Source of the DNA: Azolla caroliniana
Taxonomy: Eukaryota; Plantae; Polypodiophyta
Direction of reading: 5' to 3'
DNA: 64,000 nt
Assembly: GCA_043228905.1 (NCBI GenBank)
Contig: JBHGNT010000005.1
Location: 310,001 to 374,000, forward strand
The position numbers were made by a program, and so were the translations under genes. This document shows positions 39,201 through 60,323 of the stretch, piece by piece. How positions within the stretch are numbered: position 1 is the stretch's first letter; every line of letters starts with the position of its first letter. Under the pieces are notes generated by a model, which saw only the letters and a program-made list of their open reading frames with translations, had not been told where the DNA came from and searched no databases.

Positions 39201-41569
39201 GTTCTCAATTTGTATGCAAAATACAAATTGTATCTAATAGTGTAGAGCACTAAACAAAGATTGTACTAATGGAATTATTCAACAAGGGCTGACACTCCTA
39301 ATGGTCCTCCAAGTTGCTTTCAAATGTATCATAATGATAATAGCAATTTTTGTAACTCTATTTATGACACTCAACAATTGTTGGACTATTATTTGCCTTA
39401 AAGACACCTAGGTCTCCCATCAATTGTAAGAAAAATGGAATCTTGACCCAAATATGACATTGTCTAATGTAACCATTGAAGTTTATTTAGAAACAAAGAT
39501 CATAGTGGAACTTTACATCAACATTTTCGGCATATTAGTACCATAGTGTATTACTTCCTCTATTTTCTTGCTTGTTGGAAACATTACTAACATTGAAACT
39601 TTCTACATACAATGATGTGGCATCCTGATCTTTACTAAATTCCCACTTGAGTGCCAATTGCTTGGATGGCTTATTAAAGTTCAATTGTTTGGGGAGAAGA
39701 CAAATGCAAACCATGTTTACATTCAAGAGATTTCCTTGCAATTCCATGGGATTATGGAAGACTTAATATATATACAGATAAGGGTGACAAGAAAAGGATA
39801 ACAAACCGACTCATTGAAACATCCTCGAGGCAATATTGTTCCTTCTTGCCAAGGAGGATAATCTAAGAAGAGAGATATGTACCCAATATGACCTCATTAC
39901 TAGAATAGCATAGTGCCAATGATAGGTTTGCAACAAGCTTAAGGGTCTTGAATGGTTAACCACATGTCACTCTAGGAACCCTAACCTTTGTTTTGTAGAT
40001 GTTTTGATCTTAACCAAGATGCTATGAGTTTATGATAATTGTTATTGGTACAAAATTAACCTTATAGGCCATGATACTTGAGAGTAAGGCTAGACATTTA
40101 TCTATTCTATCCTAGAAAATAAGGCAATGTAGATTAAGCGAGATCTTGCAGAGAGCAATAGACTTGTGATTTGAGAACATGTCTATAATTCTAGAGGGAG
40201 GGGATGAAACATGTGACACCTAAGTTCAAAACATGCTTCTTGTCTGCAAGCTCCTGAAAGTGGAGCAAGCCAAAATGATCTTTCAACTCAAGTTCACAAA
40301 CGACGGTGAACAAGTAAGAAGCATATATGCATCACATGGCTGAGAGACAAAGAGAGTCTATATTACCGTCTTCTGAGACCAAATTTGGCCCGTGAAACAA
40401 TTGGTTACAATAATGGGATGTGTACCCAATCATCGAAAAATGAAATAAAATCAACATAGATAAAAGAGTTTTAGTGTGGTACAAAAGATGTTGTGGGGTG
40501 TGTGCTAAGACTCGTTTCATTTCCATCCAAGTCTCTCGAAAATGATTGGGAAGTCAAAGGGTTCGATGCAGGTGTGGCTCTTGGTTCCGATATAAAAGGT
40601 ATCCCAACCATATCGTCTAAATGGGGTAACTCACGTTCCTTTATCTTCTTAATTGCTTTTGCATGACGTGTGACTTTGAGGACATATCCTGAGGGCATTT
40701 GATTGTTCTTTGGTTTTCTACTTTAGCGAGGGAGAGGCCGAGTGGTGCAAGTGTGTCCACGTTCATTGACCCCCTCTATTAAGTGGTTACACGTTGGTGA
40801 ATATTAGAGAGGATATGGTTAACATTTTGTAGCTTATTCTTTCTATGTTGTTTTAGCTCTAAGATATACATACCTTCTTTATATTCGAGGTATCTAATAG
40901 TTGGGAGAGGGTCCTAATATCTCTTGGTATTTTCCCCTTGTCTCAACGTAAGTTGGACACTCTCATGTAAAGTGACACTAATCCTCTATCTCTATGTAAT
41001 ATAATCTATATATCCTTTCCTCTCTAGGAGTAGGGACTTCATTAGCATGACCATTTTCAATCTCAAGTTGGTGAGATGATACTCTAAATTGTCCAATGGC
41101 AACCCTAAATGCATTTGGTAAGAAAGTATCTAGATATTTTGGTTGTATAATAAACCTAACTTAGAGAAATGCATGAAGTGTTCCTTATTGTACAACATTT
41201 TAAATGGGAGTGGCTCTAGTGGGTTGATCCATTTATGTTGACAGTAAATTTGTCATATTTCTTGGCGTATCACATTTTATTATAGTCCTCATGAGAGATT
41301 AAAGTTTTATTAGTCTCGTGGTTGTATGGAGGTAGGTTATTAATGTCTAGGCCGTTAGCAAAAACCCAACTTACCACAATGCTATACTAGGAGCTAGTAT
41401 TGTCAAACTCGTAAAATGATCGAGATGCCTCGAAAGCTTGACGAGATATCCTATCTTGTGATTGGCTATGTATCCAACTAATAAAAACTATTAATTGAAA
41501 AAGCGTTTCTACTAGCATAAGGAATAAAGTGAACTCTGCTCTAATGATGTCATGCGACATTGTTGTTTT

Positions 41570-42012
41570 GCTTTAGAGTTGACGTGATAACATCGTCACC
41601 AATGGTCTCTCTAATTGTGTCCACATGAAAGGTGGTAGTCCTAGAGCCCAAACCACTGCCACATACATGAGGGGAAAGTTTTATGAATGAGTCGAAGAGC
41701 CACCCCTTAGTTCGTGGCTCTTGGAAGTATGCCCGGTGGCATTGTCTCTCTAAGAATGAGAGGGATGCATATCCTCAAGATATACATATGATCCAACTAC
41801 CTAAATTGGTCTATGAGAGAGTGTTAGGTGACATTTAGTCCTAACTTGAGCAGATATGTGGAAGATAAGGACTCAATTTTCCCTAGTTTCACTACCAATC
41901 CTCTTTGTGTGCAAAAGTCATCTAAGGCATTAAGGTGCCTTTGTAGTTCATGTTCAAACTTAGAGAGTAAAACTATGTTGTTCGATTGATTGTTTATTTC
42001 TAGCCTTGACAA
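41570..42012 (-). mobile_element. RTE-like LINE RT fragment
   Basis: NNIVLLSKFEHELQRHLNALDDFCTQRGLVVKLGKIE resembles RT domains 5-6 (DDIVLL...LQ..L..L..FC...GL.VN..KTK). Confidence 0.6.
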
Positions 42013-42509
42013 TCATTCAATGAAGAAGGAACATAAAAGAGCAAAGTGTGATTTGGTCGCTAAGTGACACATGCACGCATGCACACACACACACACATAC
42101 ATACATACATACATGTAGAGATACATGTTGGGTCCGAAAAAGAAAAGAGAGAGAGCTAAGATGGTAAGGTTGCCCAATGTATGTAAACTACAATAACCCC
42201 TACATTCCACAACGACATCAAGTAAATTAAGAGATATGTATGGAATAAGAAAGAGGTGAGAAAATAGGGTTTCGAACCCGAGACGTAGTGCTGTGATATT
42301 TTTGCTTGGAGCTTTTTATTCACATGACTTATTACTTGAGTCCAAATGGTTCATTCGAACTGTTAATTAATTATATAGATTTCATACACTTATCCATGTT
42401 TGAAAATAATTATTATAAAAAATAAATGAATTATTTTCATTGCATTTAAGTTTTTGTTTTTATTATTATTTTCGTGTGAGCGCTGCTAAAACACAGTCCC
42501 AGGGCAGGG

Positions 42510-42561
<52 letters not shown>

Positions 42562-43016
42562 CTACTCTACACACACACACAGAGTGGGCGCAAGATCTGT
42601 GGCCTGCAGAATTAGTGACTCCATTTCTTCTCCTTCTTCAGTTCTTTCTTCCCCCCACCGAATTGCTCCATGTTTTTACCTTGAATTGATCTCCATTGCG
42701 GCTTCCTGCGAAACCCTCCTCCCACTAGATGAATTACCACCCAATGAAGCATTCTGTGCTTTCTCAGATCTGTAAGGTAAGTCCATAGCTATGGCACCGC
42801 TTAATTTTCTGAGACAAGAGGCAGATGCGTGTTAGTGGCCCTAAACAGAAGCTTTTCCTAGTCTGATGCATGAATTAATGACGGAGGAACAGCGCTGAAT
42901 TTTGTTTTAATCGCCTCACGAGTGTTTCTTCATTTCGAATTATATTCTCTAAATTCTGAGTTTATTCTCTTTCACTGATTCACTGATTTCTGACTTTATT
43001 CTCTTTCTCTTTCTCT

Positions 43017-43109
43017 AAATTTGTGAAGAAATAGTAGTGGGGAATCAGTCACATTATATTCTCTAAATTCTGAGTGACTGATTTCCCATTACTATTTCTT
43101 CACAAATTT
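43017..43109 (+). other. 36-bp inverted repeat (hairpin) with 21-nt loop in the BZR-BAM leader intron
   Basis: Arms 43017-43052 and 43074-43109 differ at two positions, both G:U-compatible on the + strand. Confidence 0.9.
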
Positions 43110-43528
43110 CTTCTCCTGAAGTACTGATTTCTCATCGCAGTATCTTCACTAATTTCTTCTCTCGCGGTGGTGATTTTCTTCACTGTTTTAATTTCTAATT
43201 CTTTTCAGTGACAGATGTCCCAAGTGAATTCTTCTCTTTCTGTCACAAATTTCTTCTCTGGACTTTAATTCTCCTTCATAGATCTCTTTTTCTCTTTCAG
43301 TAACGATGAATTTTTCACTGATTTCTGCTCTTTCAGTAATACATTCCTTCACCGTTTCCTCACTGAATTTTCTTCTGTCCTCGTTTCCAATTTCTTAATT
43401 TCTTCACTTCCTCTGATCTCTCCCCCTTTTTTGCTAGGTTTTATTCCAACAGGCTCCCAGATCTCTCACGCAGTGTTAATAAAGAAGCCATAGTTCCTGC
43501 AGAAACCAGATATTCCCTTTCTGTTATC

Positions 43529-44040
43529 ACAGTTTCTCAAGGAAGAATGCATTACCGATCAAGAAGAAACAGCAAGAAATCAAATTCTTTTGTACACTTA
43601 CAGTTTTTCAAGGAAGCAACCATTACTGAGGGAGCTCGAAGCTTTTGTTATATTATAGCTATTATCGAAGAAAAGTTTTTGATATAACAGTTTCGCAAGG
43701 AAGAATGAAGGAAATACATCGTTTTACTATGCATAACTCTCACGGAAGAAGCCATTACTGAAGAAAGAAAAAAAATTGCTAAGTAATTGCAACATAACAT
43801 TTCTCAAGAACGAAGTCATCACTGAAGAAACTAAATCCTTTGTTGTGGCAACACTTCTCAAGTAAGAAGGAACGAAGTATATCCTTTTGTTATTAACGGT
43901 TCTCAAGGAAGAATCCACTATTGAAGAAACTAAATATCTTTTTGTTAGAACAGTTTCTCAGGAAAGAAGCCATTACGAAAGAAAATAACTCGTTTTCTTT
44001 TGATATATTGCCACGGAAGAAGTCATTACTGAAGAAAACG
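43529..44040 (+). repeat. Degenerate array of about 9 units, consensus ACAGTTTCTCAAGGAAGAAGCCATTACTGAAGAAA, with variable spacers
   Basis: Units start at about 43529, 43600, 43687, 43735, 43797, 43851, 43896, 43950 and 44010. Confidence 0.8.
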
Positions 44041-44207
44041 AAATCAAGATAGAATCGCCACTGAGAAACTATCAGCCCTTAGTTCCTATAATACTTCTCA
44101 TCATGACATGAAAGCAAAAGGCCAGTGTTGTGTTGTTGTACTCGAACATCATGTGTTCTGTAATCCTTCATCCTTCCAATTGATATGAACTATCAGGAAA
44201 GCTTCTC

Positions 44208-51853
<7,646 letters not shown>

Positions 51854-52839
51854 ATTTCTCTTTCTGGGATGGATTCCCCACGGTTATTTCCACCATTCAA
51901 CTTTTTAACACCATTACATGCAGAAATCCAAAAGACGTCTCATTTTTTTGGGTGACTCAGTACAAGTTCATTTGTATTATAGTTTACATTAGCAAGCAAA
52001 CAGGTCTGTATGGGATTGTGGTTTGTCAGATACCAGGTGCGGGGGGATGAAGGTTTTATTTAGGTGTCAGAAGTTAACATCCATGTAAGAGTTTTAGACG
52101 ACTTATTCCAGCGTCTTCATTAACAAAATGTATGCCAACGAAAACAGACATCCAGATGGTAGATGAGATGTATACAAGCAATTTTAAGAATAATTTTGCT
52201 TTCAAGATTGAAATCATTTGAATTTTTTTGGTAGTTTATGGAAAGATTGAAAATGAAGATTAATTGCTGGCACAACTGTCCTGGAGAATTCATGTTTAAA
52301 TCTATGGAATGCAAGTGAACCAAAACTTGAGAACCTATATTCAGTGCAATCTACTTAGACACAAATAGAAATGTGAAAATGCTCAATTTGTTAATATATT
52401 AGGGGCATAAATATTATGTGAACATCTAGCCCATTTGTAATGAAGGGATGAAAAAAGAATGTCCAATTTTGATGAATGAAACATGAAAATGCTCAATCTG
52501 TAAACATATTAGGGGCAAGAAATTTATGAGAAAACCTAGCCTGAATATAGTGAAGGTGAAGAAAAAACAATGGCTGATGGTTACCAAGAAAGTTATAGTT
52601 GTACAACTGCATAATCATTTTACATTTACCAAGAAATGATTGTAGTCTTGTAAACTTGATACCAATTAACTGCTAAACCTACCCATGTCATTAATACAAT
52701 TATTGAACATTGTAAAGGCCTTTTCTGTGTTCCACACAAATCACTTTCTGGAAATTTATGTGCAATTCATTCTGCCACCATGATGAGTTCATTCACTTTG
52801 ATAGAAGATTTGTTTGTTTCATTTCTTTGCATGTATATA

Positions 52840-53243
52840 TGAGCAAATGGCCTAATATATGTTACAATAAATAAAATCTCAAATAGGCAAAACACCTTTC
52901 TCTATTACCTCATATCATCTACATTGATATAGTAATTTCTCTATTGAACTAGATCACAATTCGCAATAGAAATAACTTTTGTATTGAGCCAAGAATTCTC
53001 ATATGGTCAACTTATTACACACTCATGAGGTTCCCTCTTTCTGAGCAAATGGCCTAATATATGTTACAATAAATAAAATCTCAAATAGGCAAAACACCTT
53101 TCTCTATTACCTCATATCATCTACATTGATATAGTAATTTCTCTATTGAACTAGATCACAATTCGCAATAGAAATAACTTTTGTATTGAGCCAAGAATTC
53201 TCATATGGTCAACTTATTACGCACTAATGAGGTTACCTCTTTC
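52840..53243. repeat. Near-perfect 202-bp tandem duplication
   Basis: TGAGCAAATGGCCTAATATATG... starts at 52840 and 53042 and is identical except near the unit ends. Confidence 0.95.
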
Positions 53244-53701
53244 TCTTGCAAGACTAATAAACAGAGATCCTAAAGAGGGGATGCGTGATTACATCCACAG
53301 TAATGGATTATCTTGTATACATAGTCTCGAGGTTACTCTGGTCACATGCATTGGGTTTCTCCGTATTCCATGCCACGAAATCAAGAACTTAAATCCAGTA
53401 AATCAATTGTGTATCCTAGGTTTGATGCTCATGCTGATGTTTGGAAAGGCTCGAGAGACTACCAAGGTCTCTTTTAAAAGGAAACGTCTTTGAGAATGAT
53501 CAATCGATTACTCCCACAGGCTAGTTTTAGATATTATTAGGTCAGTATAATTCATGCTTCACCATGATGACCTTCTCATATGAGCATGTATGATAAATAT
53601 ACAGTCAATTTATTCACCAACACCAACAAATGTATTCACACAGCCTTGTGCGAAGAAAATATGCAATGGGTGCATTTTAACATCCATATGAATCCCAATT
53701 T

Positions 53702-56700
53702 CTAAGCAGAATATAGAATCGTTTCTTCAACGTCATAATGGGCATTCTCTCCAACCACCACCCAAGCCTCTGCCACTCTTTGCACTTGTCCATGGTTCAA
53801 ATCCACAATTGTGAAATTCCTTTTGGTGTGCAAACCTTCAGAATCATTGATGGTTAAATCAATTACCCGAGGAACTACAGCAGCATTTAAATAAATGGTC
53901 TTATCCATCCCTCTCACTAGCATTGTCCGATAACCTCCATAAGCTAATTGCTTGTGCATATGGCCAAAGATTACCAAAACGATATCGTGTGAACCTTGTT
54001 CTTTCACACTTTGTAATGCCATTGCAAGGTCTGCCCATAGAGAAACAAAAGCATATAAAATGCATTTAATACATTAAACAATTTACCTGTATTAAATATA
54101 AGTTTCGGATCAGTTTAGTAGGGTTTTTTCCATTTAAACGAAGATACATATCATTAAAGCTTATGGAAAGATAATTTAGGAAAAAACCTGGATCGCCGTG
54201 GTCTCCAGACTCATCCTTGATCCAATCTCTACCACAAATATCAGTGGAATCTGACCCTAATCCTGAAACACAAGAAATAAGAAAAACTTATATTACATCC
54301 TTGATGTACGACATGAGATCAGGAGTTCAACTCCTGCTTTTGGTTCCACAAAACCCATTGAGTAATGATAAAAACTTCACACAGGAATGGAATGATGAGT
54401 CCTTCAAGTATTGTCCGCTCCTTGGTACTACCCCCCCCCCCCCCCCCCATCCCACCCCAGTTATTTGTAAAACATTCGTTTATGTTCAGTGTGTATTGAT
54501 CACAACTTCATACTCTAAAGTCTTACTCAAGTAATGATAATGCACTCCATATAATGCTTTTTGCCTCTAGTATCCTGCCAATATAATATATGCATGTCTT
54601 TGAACGTTAAGACATACCCCAAGCTATATATACTATTTGAGCATGAGCCATGCATATAATATGTTTCCTACCTGTTGGTCCATTGTGTGCGAGAAAAATC
54701 AGGGCATGTTCTCTTGGTGCCTCCATTGCCAGGGCTTCTATTTTATTGGCACTTTCCTTCATTCCTTTGACACCCCATCTGTATCCACATATTGATTGAT
54801 AAATATCACAGTGACAAAATGCATGCTTCTACAAACAGAACACTATTTGAGATTTGCTGAAATTTGAGAGGTTTAGAATGTATAAAGAGTGAAGAGGTAT
54901 TATAATGATGATCTCCTTCAAATCCAAATTGCACCACCTTTTACAAGAATCAAAATCATTGCTCTAGAAAAAACTGCAACTGTGTTGCGATCACATTGCC
55001 TTTCCTTTTCCTAATGACTTCTTTCTGCTACTTCAGCATGTTGCAAATATCAAAAAATGCAAACCTTTTAGAAACAATGTTAGTAGAACTGCCAAACGTG
55101 TCTCCCCCAGATGAGAGGGGACGTCCACCAACAATGCTTAATTTCAGTTCTGGAAAATCCCTTCGCTTGTAGCCAATATGAGTTTCTCCCAAACTACAGA
55201 AAAAACTATCTTTCAGTTGACTGCAGAAGGAGCAATTGCATATTACATATATAACCAACATGCATATGCATAATACATACATTATATATAGAGAGAGAGA
55301 TGGGTAACATGGACGATATATTAGAAAGAGCTTCTAATGTGGCTATGCTTACTCATGGTATTTACATTGATTTAACAGTACCTTTGAAGCATTTGATCTA
55401 GTGGATCACGTTTCCTGTGAACATGAGAAACTGTTACTTGATTAGCACACATTTTTATGTATAATGAACACCAGAAAAGTAATATTACTTTTCGTTCATT
55501 AACTGCTTAAGAATAATTCTGCAGATGTTGGAAAGCTTCAGTGACAATAGCAATCGGTGATGGTCCGGTTCGGTTCAATAATGTCAAACTCAAACCATTT
55601 AAAACCGAACTGTTTAACAAAACTGAAACTTAAACTGAACCAAACCAAACCACAAAACCGTTTAAAGTGAAACTGTTCAAACTGAACCATTACAAAAAAT
55701 CTAAGCTCAAACCAAACAGTTTTAGAGATCTTCAAACTGTTAAACAACAGTTTCGTGGTTTGATTTTGGTTTTCAAGTTAGGTCAAATTTCAAAATTTCA
55801 AAAATCAATTTTTAAGCTTCAATTTTTTGAATATTTCCTAAAATTTTAAGTTTTTTCAAGCTTCAAAGTTTAAAACGTTTTCCTAAAATGTCATAATTAG
55901 GCTTCAAACATAAAAGGCTGTTAAAAAAAATCAAGAAAATAAATTAATAATCAAAGTGTCAACTCTAAGCTGTTTAAACCAAAAACTATTAGGCTAATAA
56001 CGGTTTGAACCAAACCGTTTACAAAAACTTGATCTTAAACCGAACCGTTAAAACCGAAACCGAACTGTTGCCAATTGCTAAGTGACAACTGGCTTAAAAG
56101 ATTTCCACGCTTCCTGATGTTGTATGGAAGCGATAAAAATTTCTCTCCTCTAGTTTTTGCAATAGATAAAAATACAATTGGAACTACAGAGAACTACATG
56201 AAAACTGCAAACTAAAATTTCAACATTGAGGCAACAGCTGTTCTGAAAATGCTATGAAGAATATTACACCTATGACTCAATAAAACTTGGGTATAATCAT
56301 CTACAACCGTAATTTCCAAAAACAACCATGTGACATGAAAGGGATTACAGATTTAGTGACAATCTTAAAATACTTGAATATTCATTTAGAGAGGAGAATT
56401 CATGGCCAAAAAGAAAATAACAATTCTTTCACATCTTTACCTCTGTATTGGATATGCAGATGGCCAGTAATCATGATTGCCAAGGATGGAAAGGTTTGGA
56501 ATTTTTAACTTTCTAAGTTGTTCAACAAGCTCCACGTTTGAATCACCAAAATCACCTAAATCACCATATCATATATATCACTACAAAGTTTCAAAATACA
56601 AAAGAAAATGACTTTAAGCTTAGGCATTGAAATTGTAAAAGTTGAAGTCTTCTTGTAACAAACATGTTGCATGAATGCATTTTGTATTGTTCAAGCTTTC

Positions 56701-58618
56701 TTCTTTATTGTCAAAAACTACATAATACCACTAAATTTTTCTTTATTCCCCCAGATACGTATAAGTTTTTATATTTTTCTCAAATACCCTTTGTCAGACC
56801 CCTCTAGAGCAATCAGATATGTTTTTTGGGTAATTATATGTTGAATTCATCCTCTTTTTCTGAACTACATGCACACTATATTGAGAAATTATATCCCCTT
56901 TTTCTCTCTTTTAGGACTTGACTGTGGGCATTTGGGGAAATAAAGAAAAACTCAGTGTGATCTTGTATTTTAGAGATTTTCCCTTTATTTATTTATTATT
57001 GAAAACAGGAAACACGGTGGGATTGATAGTTCATTACCCGTAAACAGCACCAAATTGGGCTGCAGAGAATATACATTGAACATACAAATATAAGCACTTC
57101 GGATTTATTTCATAAAAGAAAAGATTATGTAAACAAGAACCTTAGCTTCAACCAGCCTTTAGGTACCTTCAGTTTCTGCAAAGCCATCTCATCTTTAACC
57201 GGATCCCATTGATCATGCTGAAACACCTCAAACATTTCTCATTAAGAGGAATTCCTTTTCATGGAATCATTGTCTTATATGCATCCATGCACACACTAGT
57301 ATCCATAAGTTTGACATATTTGTTATTGGTCTATGTGTGATAGTTACATAGATGAGAAAATGGCATGTGTATGCACTCTACGTAATAACATCATGTCACA
57401 GAAAGGCATATGAAGGGGGTGTCAGAGGTTTATCACCCACTGGCTACGAGAACCTAAAGAGACTTTTATAAGTTAGTTTTCATGATCCAGCTTCTCATAT
57501 TTTCATCATTTCTTGTATATTTGTGTTTTCTCACTCAAAAACCTCATCCCAAGGTCCCTTTTTCTCTCTTTGTCAAAACTTTCCATCCCCTTCCAATATC
57601 CTCCATTACAACTACTTTTCTTGGTTTTTTGGGGGAATAAGAATGCATTTTCCCTATCGTATTCATATGCATAGCATTAAGGAGTCAATATGGGTCAAAA
57701 AGTCCACTTCTAGCCTCACTCTTCTTGCTTTAAATTCTTTATCAATTTCATGGACCAGCAGTTTTCAGTTCTTTTATCAGAAAAAGACACCAAATTCAAA
57801 TGGCAGCAACTACTCTTTCGAGGCCAATAGCATACTTGGATCTCTTTAGGTATTTGAATTTTCAATCGCAAATCTATGCCAAAAGGTTCCATTCCTTCCA
57901 TTGATCCATCCAACTCATTGCTCCTCAGAGCCACATTCAAAGTTGATTGGATAGTGCTTAACCCGTTTGGTTGTATTAATTAAGGCCAATGAATATGTAC
58001 GATTGCTAATTATGCCATGATGACAATAGTTCATCAGGTTAATGCTTAAACCTCTAATTGCACTAGAAAAAATGAAATACACATTCAATATTAGGTAATG
58101 AATTCCTTGATTGAAGCGTGTATGATATTTTTGGATGACTTTGAATAGCTGAACAAATCATCAAAATGAACAATTTAAACAAACAAAAATAGACATAAAT
58201 CAAAGGAACTCAAAAAACAGAATTGCTTCTAATGAGTCACCCAACATGGTATATTGAAAAAGAAAACAAATGCAAAAATCAATAGAACCCAAAACACATA
58301 GAAATCCAGTAAAAGAAACAGAAATCATAGAATTACTAATTGTAAATCTCCCAAATGAAAATTTTGACAATAATAGTATTGAATAATGATCACAGAACTG
58401 TTTTTAGAACGATGCAACAAAGTATCATCGATCAAATCGTCCAAATGGAAATTTTAACGATAAAAAATAAATAAAATAAAAAGCAAAAATCAACAGCGCT
58501 AAAGATTACTGATCACATCGGCCAAATGGAATCAGAACAGTAGAAAATAAAAACGACACTGAGGATAACTAACCACATCGCCCACCACAGCGATTCGGAA
58601 GAGATGTGGAAGCTCCAT
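53702..58618 (-). CDS. Calcineurin-like metallophosphoesterase, DevT/TIGR04168-like; exons 58618-58574, 57217-57167, 57059-57038, 56555-56441, 55414-55382, 55193-55065, 54778-54672, 54262-54188, 54030-53702
   Basis: Spliced translation has all metal-binding motifs: AVVGDVHDQW, FTGDFG, ILGNHD, LAHNGPTGLG, CGRDW..GDHGDPDL, FGHMH, YLNAAVVPR. Junctions are GT-AG and in phase. Confidence 0.9.
55548..56080. mobile_element. hAT-type MITE in intron 4 of the metallophosphoesterase gene
   Basis: 8-bp TSD AGTGACAA at 55540-55547 and 56081-56088; short TIR TAGCAAT(C/T)GG; many subterminal AAACCG/AACTG motifs. Confidence 0.88.
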
Positions 58619-59858
58619 AACCAATCTCCTTCTTTGGTCGTCAAAAAAACATCTGAACAGCGAGCGAACGATAGGAAGGGGGATTCTCCCGACAAATTTT
58701 CGAGCACACGTCTTTCCGACTCAATTGTCCAAAGGATAGAAAAATACTCGTTCGTGAGTTCAAATCTGACTTTATTATGTTGTGGTAATTTGGTAGAGAC
58801 TTCATATTATTCTTCAAAAGGAATTATTGCTGCTTTTATTTAGGATGTGGTATTTTAGTAGAGAGTTCGTATCATTCTTCGAAAGGAATTGCTTCTTTTA
58901 TTTAGGATGCACCAAAAAACAAAAGATTAATAAGAGTCTCGACCAGTTTCACGAATATGTCAGACTCCCTCTTTCACGGGAAGATCACTCGTAACATTGG
59001 TGGCGTGTCAACGTCTACAAGGGCTCAACAATGATGTTATGTCGTGGAACCAACCGTATGAATGTAAAAGGTACAAGGAAAAAGAAGAATGGACAAATGT
59101 TGTTTTGATTTTGCAATTCAGTTATGAGCAAACAACATTCTTAATGTCATTGCCAATGGTTTTGTCCTCGTTAGGACTCGGGAGTTTATTGAAGCTTATA
59201 TGGAACAATGAAGCTTCAAATGTGTCATGTTTTATCCCTCACATTGGGCTTCACTCCTAGGGGCACAACTTGGCCCTAATTTGGAATCGATATTAAAAGT
59301 TATCTACTCAAATTGGAGCCACTTCAAAAAAGCTATGCTGCAAATCATCTCTATTGTTAGAAATGTACGCATATGAGTCCGCTTCGGGTTCAACGCAAAT
59401 GGATAAAAAGCTCGAAGATTGTGTGTGAAACAATCACAACGGAACTTGACATGTTATAAATGGGTAGAATAGCTCTTTCATTGTTGGCATTCATACTCTA
59501 ACCCTTGAAGCATCCACTGAAGGATTCAACAAATTGTTGGTCCTATATAGATATAGTATTGGATCATTAATCAATAATGAAAATATTAAAAACAGCATAA
59601 TGTTAATTCCTCTCGCATTAACCCCATTTGTTCCAATTGTATGGTATTGATATAAGAGAACTCCACTTACAATTGTTTTAATTTGTGAATTATGAGTCGT
59701 GCATTATTTTTTTGAGTATCATTAGCGTAGGATGTAGCATTTAGGCTTAGCTTATTATGTGTTTATTGTTATGGTATGCACCAAGGAATACAAGAATGTA
59801 CCACATGTTAAGCCCAAATTTAATTGTTCACACGATGAGAATAAAAAACTATCGGTAT

Positions 59859-60323
59859 TATTGAGAATCAAGCTCAACCTAGTCTAGTGTGTGAACACAC
59901 TCTTTGAGAATCTATGAACACTCAAAGGTCAAAAGTCACTAACTCACCACTACTCTCTACACATTAACTATGTGTTATATAATCATATTCTATGACACAT
60001 AACTAATGAGTTCCATATTCCCCATGACTAATGAGTCTTCGCATTCCCCAAGGTTCTAAAGAGAAAGTGGGCTTTGTAATGAGTTAATGAAGAGAGAGGG
60101 TGACCTTATATAAAGCACCCTCCTACTTCATATTGTGTCGGTTGTTGCTCCTTGTAATGCTACATTTTTGTACTTGTTGTTCTCCTTGTTAATATACATA
60201 TTCTCGAGTGCTTCCTTTTCTCTTATCTATCTTGTGTTTCTCTTTTCTCCTCTTTTCACACACACACACACACACATAACACACATCTCTTCTATTGCAC
60301 GGAACCATATCCGATTCTTTACA
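59859..60323 (+). mobile_element. Solo LTR of the same family as 30060-30535
   Basis: T(A)TTGAGAATCAAGCTCAAC...CCGATTCTTTACA is the reverse complement of the family ends. 5-bp TSD GGTAT at 59854-59858 and 60324-60328. Confidence 0.85.

Noticed and set aside
40100-41050. Possible LTR/gag-like remnant on the minus strand
   Set aside because: No clear termini, PBS or protein motif could be verified.
42440-42775. 111-aa ORF with an SLSLSL run
   Set aside because: Translation of a (CT)n microsatellite in the promoter or leader region.
43529-44040. CRISPR array interpretation of the repeat-spacer pattern
   Set aside because: Eukaryotic intron-containing context, degenerate repeats, irregular spacer lengths and no cas genes.
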